Assembly: GCA_020160975.1 (NCBI GenBank)
Contig: JAIUPJ010000001.1
Coordinates: 480,001-512,000, forward strand
Origin: Candidatus Saccharimonadota bacterium
Lineage (GTDB): Bacteria; Patescibacteriota; Saccharimonadia; Saccharimonadales; Saccharimonadaceae
Length of the DNA stretch: 32,000 bases
Reading direction: 5' to 3'
Part shown: one piece after another, positions 23,050 to 30,874 of the stretch
How positions within the stretch are numbered: the first letter of the stretch is position 1
Layout of the letters: every line of letters begins with the position of its first letter
Translations under genes and position numbers: made by a program
The notes under the pieces: generated by a model
Database searches by the model: none
Seen by the model: the letters and a program-made list of their open reading frames with translations, nothing else
What the model was told of the DNA's origin: nothing

Positions 23050-24326
23050 TGATTATGCGCGCAATTCTAATAGCAATTGCCGTTATCGTGGCGACACCGC
23101 ATCATGCTATCGCCGCAGGATTTAGCCCTCAGTTCTACTCTGGCAATGATATCTTGTTTTATGACCCTCGCGCCACAGCCTGCACCTCAAATTCAAGCGT
23201 ATCATCAAGTGGTGCAGGCATCTCTAGTGCCGACGAAAACAAAAATGCCGAAGCAATTCTCCGCTATCTCACCGGTAAAGGTATGACACTAGCCCAGGCT
23301 GCTGGGTTTGTCGGCAACATGAAGCAAGAGTCGGGCCTTAATCCTGCAATTATTCAGGGTGGAGGAATCGCCGATAGCTCTTATACACCAGTTAATGGAG
23401 TTGGCTTTGGACTAGTACAGTGGACATTCTCCACGCGCCAAGGTCCGCTCGTAGAACTTGCAACCTCAACTGGTCGACCAGTCACTGATATTAATTTACA
23501 GCTCGATTACGTCTGGCAAGAGATAAATGGTGGATGGAAATCAACCCTTCAAGCCCTCGCCGCTAATCCTTCCGTCACACCTACAGAAGCAGCAGCGATT
23601 GTTCATGGAAATACACATTTTGGCAGCGACCCGCGATTTACCAATGCACCACGACTAGGGTACGAAGCCTCTGCAGACTCAGCCGACGCCGTCTATCGAG
23701 TGCGCGGGGGAAATGCTGAGTATTTCTATAATATGTTTCGCTCGCAAATCCAGGATGGCGCAGGGATTAGTGCAGACACAACTACCACTGGTGGAGCAGT
23801 TGTTAGTACGACAAGTTCATGCTCCCTGGGTAGTTATGCGGCAACAGGCACTTGTCCACAAACTGCACCGGTTTACGGCGAGGGTGGCAACGGTAGACAA
23901 CTTCGCCAAGCTGATTTCGAAGCAATTTATGGTGTAGGCGGGCCAGATGTAGAGCCTAACCTTGTATCAGTAGATTTCCTCGGTAAGCCTGTTCAGGTTC
24001 ACAAGCTCGCTGCAGCCTGTCTGCAAGCAGTAGTCGACGATATAAATAAAGCGGGTATCAGCTACACCATCAATCAAATTGGAGGATACCGGGGGAGTGG
24101 TGGTGCGGGCGCGGCCGCACTCAAGGACGGTTACCACTATTATGGTTTAGCAGTCGACATCAATTGGGATACAAATCCGTATATACGCGGAAGAGGCGTC
24201 TCTGCTCCATACGACATGCCACAACAGTACGTCGATATCTTTCATGCGCACGGCTGGTCGTGGGGTGGTAACTGGAATAGCGCCAAAGATTATATGCATT
24301 TTGAATTTAATGGCCTAGGCCCATAA
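23049..24326 (+). CDS. secreted bifunctional cell-wall hydrolase: lysozyme-like (phage tail lysozyme type) N-domain plus M15 D-Ala-D-Ala-peptidase-like C-domain
   Basis: Signal peptide ...ATPHHAIAA. N-domain AILRYLTGKGMTLAQAAGFVGNMKQESGLNPAI...GFGLVQWT. C-domain DGYHYYGLAVDINW...HGWSWGGNW..AKDYMHFEF. The ATG overlaps the previous stop (TGATG); the ORF track starts it at GTG 23046. Confidence 0.8.
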   Translation: MIMRAILIAIAVIVATPHHAIAAGFSPQFYSGNDILFYDPRATACTSNSSVSSSGAGISSADENKNAEAILRYLTGKGMTLAQAAGFVGNMKQESGLNPAIIQGGGIADSSYTPVNGVGFGLVQWTFSTRQGPLVELATSTGRPVTDINLQLDYVWQEINGGWKSTLQALAANPSVTPTEAAAIVHGNTHFGSDPRFTNAPRLGYEASADSADAVYRVRGGNAEYFYNMFRSQIQDGAGISADTTTTGGAVVSTTSSCSLGSYAATGTCPQTAPVYGEGGNGRQLRQADFEAIYGVGGPDVEPNLVSVDFLGKPVQVHKLAAACLQAVVDDINKAGISYTINQIGGYRGSGGAGAAALKDGYHYYGLAVDINWDTNPYIRGRGVSAPYDMPQQYVDIFHAHGWSWGGNWNSAKDYMHFEFNGLGP

Positions 24327-24343
24327 GAGGGAGAGTTGAGTTA

Positions 24344-25756
24344 ATGGATGAACCCATAATTAACGTGAGAAAAATTATCCGCATCGGATTAATTGCGGTT
24401 GGGGTGCTGTGCGTCCTATGGTTCATCTGGTTTGTCACACAGCATGGCGGTGTCAAAATAACCGCAAATGACAATAATGCATCTGTTATTATTATGCCGT
24501 TTGATGACCAGCGTACTGTCGCTGAGAGTAAAGGATCGGTATATTCTTTTCTCCCGATTGGCGACTACATCGCACGTATCAGTCTCGATGGTAAAGAAAC
24601 ACGAAGAGTATTCTCTATTAAAGCATTCTCTGTGCAAGATATTTCACTCAAACTAGCTGATACCACACAAGTCTCTCCTGTCACCAATTTTTTTCCCGCC
24701 TCTTTTGCCGTGTCTGGGCAGAACATATCGTTTTTCGACTCGGAGCGACAGAGCCTTGGGCAAGTTCGCGACACCTACAGTGATATCGACTCCACACTCG
24801 TCTATGAGACGGCAATCTGGAGCTCATTTGGTAATGGCTACGCCGTAGCACGAGATCCCAAAACAAATGAGCGTCGTTTCATAAAAATTACCGATTCTCA
24901 TGTTGCTACTTTTTCTACGCCCGCGCCCATCACTACTCAAACATATTTAGCATTTTCGGTTTCGAGAGACGGCACGCTCTTCGTTATTCAAGATGGATTG
25001 ATCTATTCATATAGTAATAGTTCTTACACGAAACTTGCCGAGACAAGCAAGCAAGCAACGATTGTTGGCTCAAACAATCAAACACTCTCTTTATTTCTCC
25101 GTAGTAGTGAAGATAGTTGCGAAATGCAGTTTTTCTCGATAACGAAAAAATCGGTCACCAAAAAACAACCGGTAGAATGTATTCACAGTCCTAGCTATGA
25201 TTATGCAGTAGTGTGGTCGGGTGATAATAAATCTGTGGCTATCACACAGGGTAATTCGCTTGTTATAACTAATAATTCTTTCGAAACAAGCTATACGATT
25301 CCTGACCAACAAGCATCGAATCCGCTCTGGCTATCGAACGATGAGCTCGTCTATGTTGCTGCCAATAAAGTCTGGAAATACTCAATTTCAAAACAAGAGT
25401 CGACCACACTCGGTAGTGTCCCAAACTACATTACGCTCCTTTCGCTGGAACGTGATCAAGAATCGCAGACACTTTACTTTACTGGCTCAGCTTCGGATGT
25501 GGTAAGCCTCTATAAACTCACGTCCCAAACGCCCGATATCAACGCTGTTAAGCTTGGCGAGTCAAATATGCAAACCCTTTCCGATTATTGCCAAATTCGT
25601 TACATCAACACTTCAAAGCTTGTCGTAATCGGCTTTGCCGCACCAGAATACGTTGATTTCTGCCGTAAGTCAATCTCACAATACACTGCATCGATTGGAT
25701 TGCCAGATATTCCAATCGAGTTCTCTTTGCTTACTGATATTGGACAAGTCGAATAA
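24344..25756 (+). CDS. hypothetical N-terminally anchored, beta-rich extracytoplasmic protein (last gene of the T4SS operon)
   Basis: 470 aa. Single TM IIRIGLIAVGVLCVLWFIWFV, then S/T/V/Y-rich sequence that looks like a beta-sandwich plus propeller. RBS GAGGGAG lies upstream. No family recognised. Confidence 0.65.
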   Translation: MDEPIINVRKIIRIGLIAVGVLCVLWFIWFVTQHGGVKITANDNNASVIIMPFDDQRTVAESKGSVYSFLPIGDYIARISLDGKETRRVFSIKAFSVQDISLKLADTTQVSPVTNFFPASFAVSGQNISFFDSERQSLGQVRDTYSDIDSTLVYETAIWSSFGNGYAVARDPKTNERRFIKITDSHVATFSTPAPITTQTYLAFSVSRDGTLFVIQDGLIYSYSNSSYTKLAETSKQATIVGSNNQTLSLFLRSSEDSCEMQFFSITKKSVTKKQPVECIHSPSYDYAVVWSGDNKSVAITQGNSLVITNNSFETSYTIPDQQASNPLWLSNDELVYVAANKVWKYSISKQESTTLGSVPNYITLLSLERDQESQTLYFTGSASDVVSLYKLTSQTPDINAVKLGESNMQTLSDYCQIRYINTSKLVVIGFAAPEYVDFCRKSISQYTASIGLPDIPIEFSLLTDIGQVE

Positions 25757-25766
25757 ATAGTTTCAA

Positions 25767-26867
25767 CTAACTTTTCAGCGGCATAATAATATGAATGTAA
25801 TTCGGGCTTTTTTCGGCGGCAGAAAGAACTGATGGCGAAAGTTTGCCGCTAAATCGAAACTCGATGTGCTCGCCCTCGATTGCCGCTAGTGCCTCACTAA
25901 CATAGCGAGAATTGAGAGTAATCTGCCCACTGGCTGACACGTCAGCCGTTGCTGTGCTAGTATTTTCACCTAATTCACTGGCGATACTATGGATACTCAA
26001 CTGTTTCTCCTCGGCATCAGCGTTAAGTGTAATACCACCGCCCGACTCGCGTGCGAACAAACTTGCAATCTTTACTACTCGACCAAATTCGCCGGCCGCC
26101 AATGTCACAATCGTTTCCGATGAGGTAGGGATGAGCTGACGATAATCAGGATAATTCCCATCGATTAATCGGCTGGTAATTTCTGCCTCGCCCGCTCGAA
26201 ATCGCACTTGCGTGTTGTCAAATACCACTTCAATTGATTCGACTGAGTCGCTAACTGTTCGTAATGCTTCTTGCAGACTGCTAGCAGGCACAATAGCGGC
26301 AATCTGACTCTTGGTATCAAGTAATTTTCGCTCGGCCAATCGATAACCGTCTGTTGCTGCAAGATACAGCGCACCGTCAATCGATTGCCAGTACACACCC
26401 GTCAAAACAGGTCGACTCGTATCGGCACTGCAGGCAATGATTGTTTGGCTAACCGCTTGTTTGAAATCATGCGGCGCAATGGTATAGTGTACAGCTTCTT
26501 TGTCGTCGATTGCCGGAAGCTCAGGAAACTCTTCGGCATCGGTACCATTGACGACCGATGTATACTTGCCAGAAGTGATTGTCATCCGCGTTCCTTTGAC
26601 ACTAAGCGTAACAGTGTCTTTCGGCAAACTGGACAAAAATTCTGTCACAAGACGAGCAGGCAAGGTAATTGATCCTTGTTTAGTAACTTTCGCTCCAACA
26701 TAATACGTAGCAGCAATCTCAAGATTTGTTGCCGCCACCAAAAGACGATTTCCCTCGGTACGAAAAAGAATATTTCCGAGAATCGGTAGCCCGGCTCGAC
26801 TGCTTGACACACGTCCTACTATAGTAAGTGCTCGGGAGAGGTTTTCTTGGGTGACACTGAGTTCCAT
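25767..26867 (-). CDS. dnaN: DNA polymerase III beta subunit (sliding clamp)
   Basis: 366 aa. N-terminus MELSVTQENLSRALTIVGRVSSSRAGLPILGNILF, three-domain length, position directly downstream of dnaA. Confidence 0.95.
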   Translation of the reverse strand: MELSVTQENLSRALTIVGRVSSSRAGLPILGNILFRTEGNRLLVAATNLEIAATYYVGAKVTKQGSITLPARLVTEFLSSLPKDTVTLSVKGTRMTITSGKYTSVVNGTDAEEFPELPAIDDKEAVHYTIAPHDFKQAVSQTIIACSADTSRPVLTGVYWQSIDGALYLAATDGYRLAERKLLDTKSQIAAIVPASSLQEALRTVSDSVESIEVVFDNTQVRFRAGEAEITSRLIDGNYPDYRQLIPTSSETIVTLAAGEFGRVVKIASLFARESGGGITLNADAEEKQLSIHSIASELGENTSTATADVSASGQITLNSRYVSEALAAIEGEHIEFRFSGKLSPSVLSAAEKSPNYIHIIMPLKS

Positions 26868-26917
26868 TACGTATTAGTATCCTTTCTTATTTAATTCGTG
26901 ATGATAGTGATAGGTGC

Positions 26918-27077
26918 TGTGGATAGTGGGGATAACTCCGAGATTAACAGGGGAGATATGGATTAGTTCCATAGTGGATAGGTCTGTGATGTATGATGAG
27001 CAAAACTGTCCGAAATGAATCATAGTTGTACCCAGCCGTGTGAACAAAGTACGCAAATTGCCACAAACTGTGGATAG
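26918..27077. other. DnaA-box cluster in the dnaA-dnaN intergenic region (second half of a probable bipartite oriC)
   Basis: TGTGGATAG (26918-26926), TGGGGATAA (26927-26935), AGTGGATAG (26973-26981) and TGTGGATAG (27069-27077). Each has 1-2 mismatches to the reverse complement of TTATCCACA. An AT-rich stretch lies at 26881-26905. Confidence 0.65.
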
Positions 27078-27147
27078 TTGAACACATTTTTTACCAGTGT
27101 GTGTTCGCAGACTTTCCACTACTAGTACACAACTACGAGACCATATA

Positions 27148-28515
27148 TTAGGCATAGAGTTTCTCTCGTATCTCGGCTACTTGTTCGCGAATCAGTAGAT
27201 CAAGCTTGATTGACTTCTCGATTTTGTCGACAGAATGAATCGCGGTAGTATGGTCTTTTCGTCCAAGTTCATTGGCAATCCGCGGAAAACTCAGATGTAG
27301 CTCGCTACGCAGTAGATACATGGCGATTTGTCGAGGCACAACAATATGCTTGTCGCGCTTGCTGCCGCAGATCTCCTTGCTATCGATTTGAAAGTGCCGA
27401 GCTGTCTTGTCGATAATTTGCTTTGGCGTGACATGTTGAGGGCGAGAGTGGCGAATATTTCCAATCAACCCCTCGGCGATACTGATATCAGGAGTAACAC
27501 CGCGCATCTCGGCATAGGCCAGTAACTGGTTGAGTGCACCTTCAAGCTCGCGGACATTTGTCTTGATGTTCTGCGCTAGAAATTCGGCTGTCTCGTCGCT
27601 AATTTCTACACCAGACTGTGCGGCCTTGGTTTTGACGATAGCGCAACGTGTTTCAAAATCTGGCATTTGAATATCAATCGCCATACCCCACTCTAGTCGA
27701 CTACGGAGGCGTTCGGTGAGGGTGGGGATGCTGCGTGGTGGCTTGTCGCTACCAATGATAATCTGCTTGTTTGCCTGGTGAAGGGCGTTGAAAGTATGAA
27801 AGAATTCCTCTTGTGTTTTTTCTTTGCCAGCGATAAACTGCATGTCATCAACGATCAAGACATCAACATTTCGGTATTTGTCGCTAAAACCCGCTTTTTT
27901 GAATCGAATATGCTCCAAAAATTCTTTCATAAAGGTCTCAGAGCTAAGATACATTACTTTCATTTTTGGATGAGTCTTGGCGATTTCATTGCCAACCGCT
28001 TGGATTAGGTGTGTCTTACCGAGCCCCACGCCACCATAAATAAACAAGGGATTGTATTTTGTACCTGGGTTTACAGCAGCAGCTTGGCATGCGGTGTAGG
28101 CAAGATCATTGCTCGAGCCGACGATGAATGAGTCAAAGGTGTAACGTGGATTAAGTGTGGAGCTGCTAGGTTTTGTTGCTTGCGATGCTGTCGGAGTACT
28201 CATAAGCTCATCAACTCGCGCTGAAGTTAGGTCTGTCTCACTCGTGGTCTCGCGGCTGATCACTCGTTTTTTCACCGTCTTTACCTGGTAGGTGATGCGC
28301 TTGGTTGTAATGCCGTTGCGCACGAGGATCTCGCGAATCTGCTTGTCGAACTTGACTTCAAATTGGCGCTTAGCAAAGATATTTGCTACACCGATCACCA
28401 CCAACTCGTCATCGTAGGAAAGAAGTTCGGTGTGTTTGAACCAGGTCTCAAAGTTGCCATGCGAAACAGACAGTTCGATTTCCCCCAAGACACTCTGCCA
28501 CAAGGCGTTTAGCAC
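27148..28515 (-). CDS. dnaA: chromosomal replication initiator protein DnaA
   Basis: 455 aa. AAA+ Walker A GGVGLGKTHL, Walker B LIVDDMQF, C-terminal DNA-binding helix region (DHTTAIHSVDKI). GTG start with GGAGGGAG upstream. Confidence 0.97.
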   Translation of the reverse strand: MLNALWQSVLGEIELSVSHGNFETWFKHTELLSYDDELVVIGVANIFAKRQFEVKFDKQIREILVRNGITTKRITYQVKTVKKRVISRETTSETDLTSARVDELMSTPTASQATKPSSSTLNPRYTFDSFIVGSSNDLAYTACQAAAVNPGTKYNPLFIYGGVGLGKTHLIQAVGNEIAKTHPKMKVMYLSSETFMKEFLEHIRFKKAGFSDKYRNVDVLIVDDMQFIAGKEKTQEEFFHTFNALHQANKQIIIGSDKPPRSIPTLTERLRSRLEWGMAIDIQMPDFETRCAIVKTKAAQSGVEISDETAEFLAQNIKTNVRELEGALNQLLAYAEMRGVTPDISIAEGLIGNIRHSRPQHVTPKQIIDKTARHFQIDSKEICGSKRDKHIVVPRQIAMYLLRSELHLSFPRIANELGRKDHTTAIHSVDKIEKSIKLDLLIREQVAEIREKLYA

Positions 28516-28573
28516 GTCGAGACTCCCTCCGTCCGCAAGTTGATACTATCTCTTATGATACGCGACAAAAAAG

Positions 28574-28701
28574 TTTTCCACAATCGCTGGCTTGTTGTGG
28601 ATTTTGATACGAAGCAGCTACAGTTCACTTCTGTTTGACTTATCCACAATAGGATAGTCTCTCTGTTAATCTGTGGATAAATGAACTGTATATGTGGATA
28701 A
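28574..28701. other. oriC DnaA-box cluster between dnaA and rpmH
   Basis: Perfect boxes TTATCCACA (28640-28648), TGTGGATAA (28672-28680) and TGTGGATAA (28693-28701). Imperfect boxes TTTTCCACA (28574-28582) and TGTGGATTT (28596-28604). Confidence 0.8.
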
Positions 28702-28745
28702 TCACTATGACGAGAGTATATTTTTGCTGTTTCTTCAAGGAGATA

Positions 28746-28774
28746 TTGCCATATTCTCAAGGGAAAGGTATAAT
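28746..28774 (+). promoter_or_regulatory. candidate promoter of rpmH
   Basis: TTGCCA (28746-28751), 17-nt spacer, TATAAT (28769-28774). ATG 28784 lies 9 nt downstream. Confidence 0.45.
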
Positions 28775-28783
28775 TGGAGAGAT

Positions 28784-28921
28784 ATGCCAAAACGAACGTT
28801 TCAACCACACACTCGGCACCGTGCAAAAACACACGGTTTTCGCGCACGTGTGGCCTCAAAAGCCGGTCGCGCTGTTTTGAAGCGCCGACGCCTCAAAGGC
28901 CGCGCTCGCCTCGCCATCTAA
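28784..28921 (+). CDS. rpmH: 50S ribosomal protein L34
   Basis: [45 protein letters not shown] (45 aa), trimmed from ORF 28694..28921. Confidence 0.95.
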   Translation: MPKRTFQPHTRHRAKTHGFRARVASKAGRAVLKRRRLKGRARLAI

Positions 28922-28928
28922 GATTTAT

Positions 28929-28956
28929 CCGCCCGATCATCATCTGGGCGGTTTTT
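28929..28956 (+). terminator. hairpin plus T-run after rpmH
   Basis: CCGCCC, loop GATCATCATCT, GGGCGG, followed by TTTTT. Confidence 0.6.
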
Positions 28957-28981
28957 CTTTGCTGTATACTTTTATATAACG

Positions 28982-29329
28982 ATGCTAGCAAGACGATTAC
29001 GATTTCACGGCCACGGCAGTCTGAAATATCTCTATAGAAACGCAAGAACCTACCGTTCCCGTTATTTCACACTGCGCGTGATTGAAAATCCTCGCCGCAA
29101 ACACTCGCGGTTTGCCGTTGTGGTGAGCAAAAAAGTACATAAATCAGCCGTCGGCCGCAACCGCATGCGCCGACGCGTGTACGAATTGTTGAGACATCAG
29201 CAAGAATCCATGGTGGGTACAGCAGATATCGCGGTGATTATCACAAATGCTGAGGTGATCACTATGCCACACGACGAGCTACAGCGGACACTTGATAGTC
29301 TCCTGAAACAGAGCGGAGTTGCGAAGTAG
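28982..29329 (+). CDS. rnpA: ribonuclease P protein component
   Basis: 115 aa, basic. RFAVVVSKKVHKSAVGRNRMRRRVYELLR (RNR motif), in the conserved position after rpmH. Confidence 0.9.
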   Translation: MLARRLRFHGHGSLKYLYRNARTYRSRYFTLRVIENPRRKHSRFAVVVSKKVHKSAVGRNRMRRRVYELLRHQQESMVGTADIAVIITNAEVITMPHDELQRTLDSLLKQSGVAK

Positions 29330-29386
29330 TAGCGACCTCAGACGCAAAGGTGATATACTAGAGAAAAGAAATCTCGTGGAGTATAT

Positions 29387-30334
29387 ATGTTTGACACCTT
29401 GATTGTAAAGCCGATATTTAATGCCTTGATGTATATTTATAGCCTTATTCCCGGCGGCGACTTCGGGGTGGCGATTGTTATTTTTACGATTTTGATTCGT
29501 TTTGCGATATACCCCCTCGTTAAGGCACAGCTGCACCAGACAAAACAAATGCGCAAGATGCAGCCAGAGCTGAAAAAAATCAAGAAACTAGCAAACGGCA
29601 ACAAGCAAGTTGAAGCGATGCAGCAGATGGAACTATACAAGCGTTACGGCATTAGTCCCTTTCGCTCGATTATTATTCTATTGATCCAGTTGCCGATTTT
29701 TATTGGTCTTTACCAGGTTATTCAAATTGTGACGCTACACCGCGACAAAGTCGGTCAGTATATGTATGAGCCACTCAAGCAGATTGATGCCATTAAGCAA
29801 GTGATTGAACAGCCCGATCAGTTCAATCACCTCATGCTTGGATTTATCGATCTCACCAAGACAGCAGTCAGTGGGCAAGGTGTTAACGGTATTCTGTTAG
29901 TGCTGGCTGTTATTTCTGCACTGACGCAATATATTATGACCAAACAAACCATGCCGACAAATAAAACCACCAAAAAATTCCGTGAAGTTATGGCTGAAGC
30001 GGCAAGCGGTAAGCAATCTGACCCGACTGAAGTGAGTGCCGCGATGATGAACAACATGGTAAAGTTCATGCCGATCATGATGTTCTTTATTATGGTGAGC
30101 TTGCCAGGTGCCTTGGCGCTATACTATACTGCATCAAACCTCGTTGCTGTGGCTCAGCAGCATTATCTGCTGAGTAAGGATAGCGAGGAGCTCGATGAAA
30201 TTGCCGATGAAGCTGATGGTGAAGTGGTGGCGCCGAAAAAGTCCGCCTCATCAGTCAAATCGGCTAAAACAGCTAAAACTCGTGCAAAAAAAGCGAGCGA
30301 GGCAAAGATTACGCGTATAAAAGCCAAGGGATAG
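29387..30334 (+). CDS. yidC: membrane protein insertase YidC (short, monoderm type) with a lysine-rich C-terminal tail
   Basis: FGVAIVIFTILIRFAIYPLVKAQLHQTKQMRKMQPELKKIKK and 5 TM segments. Tail is KKSASSVKSAKTAKTRAKKASEAKITRIKAKG. Synteny with rnpA and jag. Confidence 0.92.
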   Translation: MFDTLIVKPIFNALMYIYSLIPGGDFGVAIVIFTILIRFAIYPLVKAQLHQTKQMRKMQPELKKIKKLANGNKQVEAMQQMELYKRYGISPFRSIIILLIQLPIFIGLYQVIQIVTLHRDKVGQYMYEPLKQIDAIKQVIEQPDQFNHLMLGFIDLTKTAVSGQGVNGILLVLAVISALTQYIMTKQTMPTNKTTKKFREVMAEAASGKQSDPTEVSAAMMNNMVKFMPIMMFFIMVSLPGALALYYTASNLVAVAQQHYLLSKDSEELDEIADEADGEVVAPKKSASSVKSAKTAKTRAKKASEAKITRIKAKG

Positions 30335-30349
30335 TGAGAGGAGAGAATT

Positions 30350-30811
30350 ATGGACCAGCAGCAAACTATCGAATACGCACGGAAGTTTTTACAGGATATC
30401 ATATCGTTTTTTGGGGAGAATATTGAAGTCACAGCCGCAGTTGAGGACGACGTCATCGAGCTGTATGTTGAAACCAGCGATCTCAATAGTATTTTGATCG
30501 GGCGAAATGCAGAAACACTCCGCAGTCTCCAGTACATTGTTTCGACCGCACTACGCAATAAAAATGCCGAACTGACTCGGGTAAATGTTGACATCGCTGA
30601 TTACAAAAAGCAGCGCGAAGAAAAAATCGCCGAAAAAGCCCGCGGATGGATCGAAGAAGTACGAGCGACAGGCGACTCACATGTTGCGCATATCAATGCT
30701 GCCGATCGCCGCGTGGTACACCGGGTTGCGCAGGAATACGAAGATATTCAGACATTTAGCGAAGGCGATGGTCGTGATCGTCGGATTATCATCGCCCAGA
30801 AAAGCTCTTAA
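30350..30811 (+). CDS. jag: Jag/KhpB-type RNA-binding protein (KH plus R3H domains)
   Basis: 153 aa. R3H-like RRVVHRVAQEYEDIQTFSEGDGRDRRIII. Directly downstream of yidC. Confidence 0.85.
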   Translation: MDQQQTIEYARKFLQDIISFFGENIEVTAAVEDDVIELYVETSDLNSILIGRNAETLRSLQYIVSTALRNKNAELTRVNVDIADYKKQREEKIAEKARGWIEEVRATGDSHVAHINAADRRVVHRVAQEYEDIQTFSEGDGRDRRIIIAQKSS

Positions 30812-30874
30812 TTTACCACTACTTGCCGTATACTAGTAGAGACAATATAACATAAGAATCATAAGGAATTATCT

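Noticed and set aside
7035-25756. T4SS locus as an integrative conjugative element or prophage-like island targeted to the nearby tRNA genes
   Set aside because: There is no integrase, relaxase, coupling protein or replication/partition gene. The tRNA remnant is a 5' half directly adjacent to its tRNA, not a 3'-end direct repeat at a distal boundary. The right flank is dnaN/dnaA.
26874-28859. ORFs 26874..27155 (93 aa, minus) and 28509..28859 (116 aa, minus) flanking dnaA
   Set aside because: Both lie in intergenic regions packed with DnaA boxes, and their products have no recognisable features. I interpret these regions as origin DNA.
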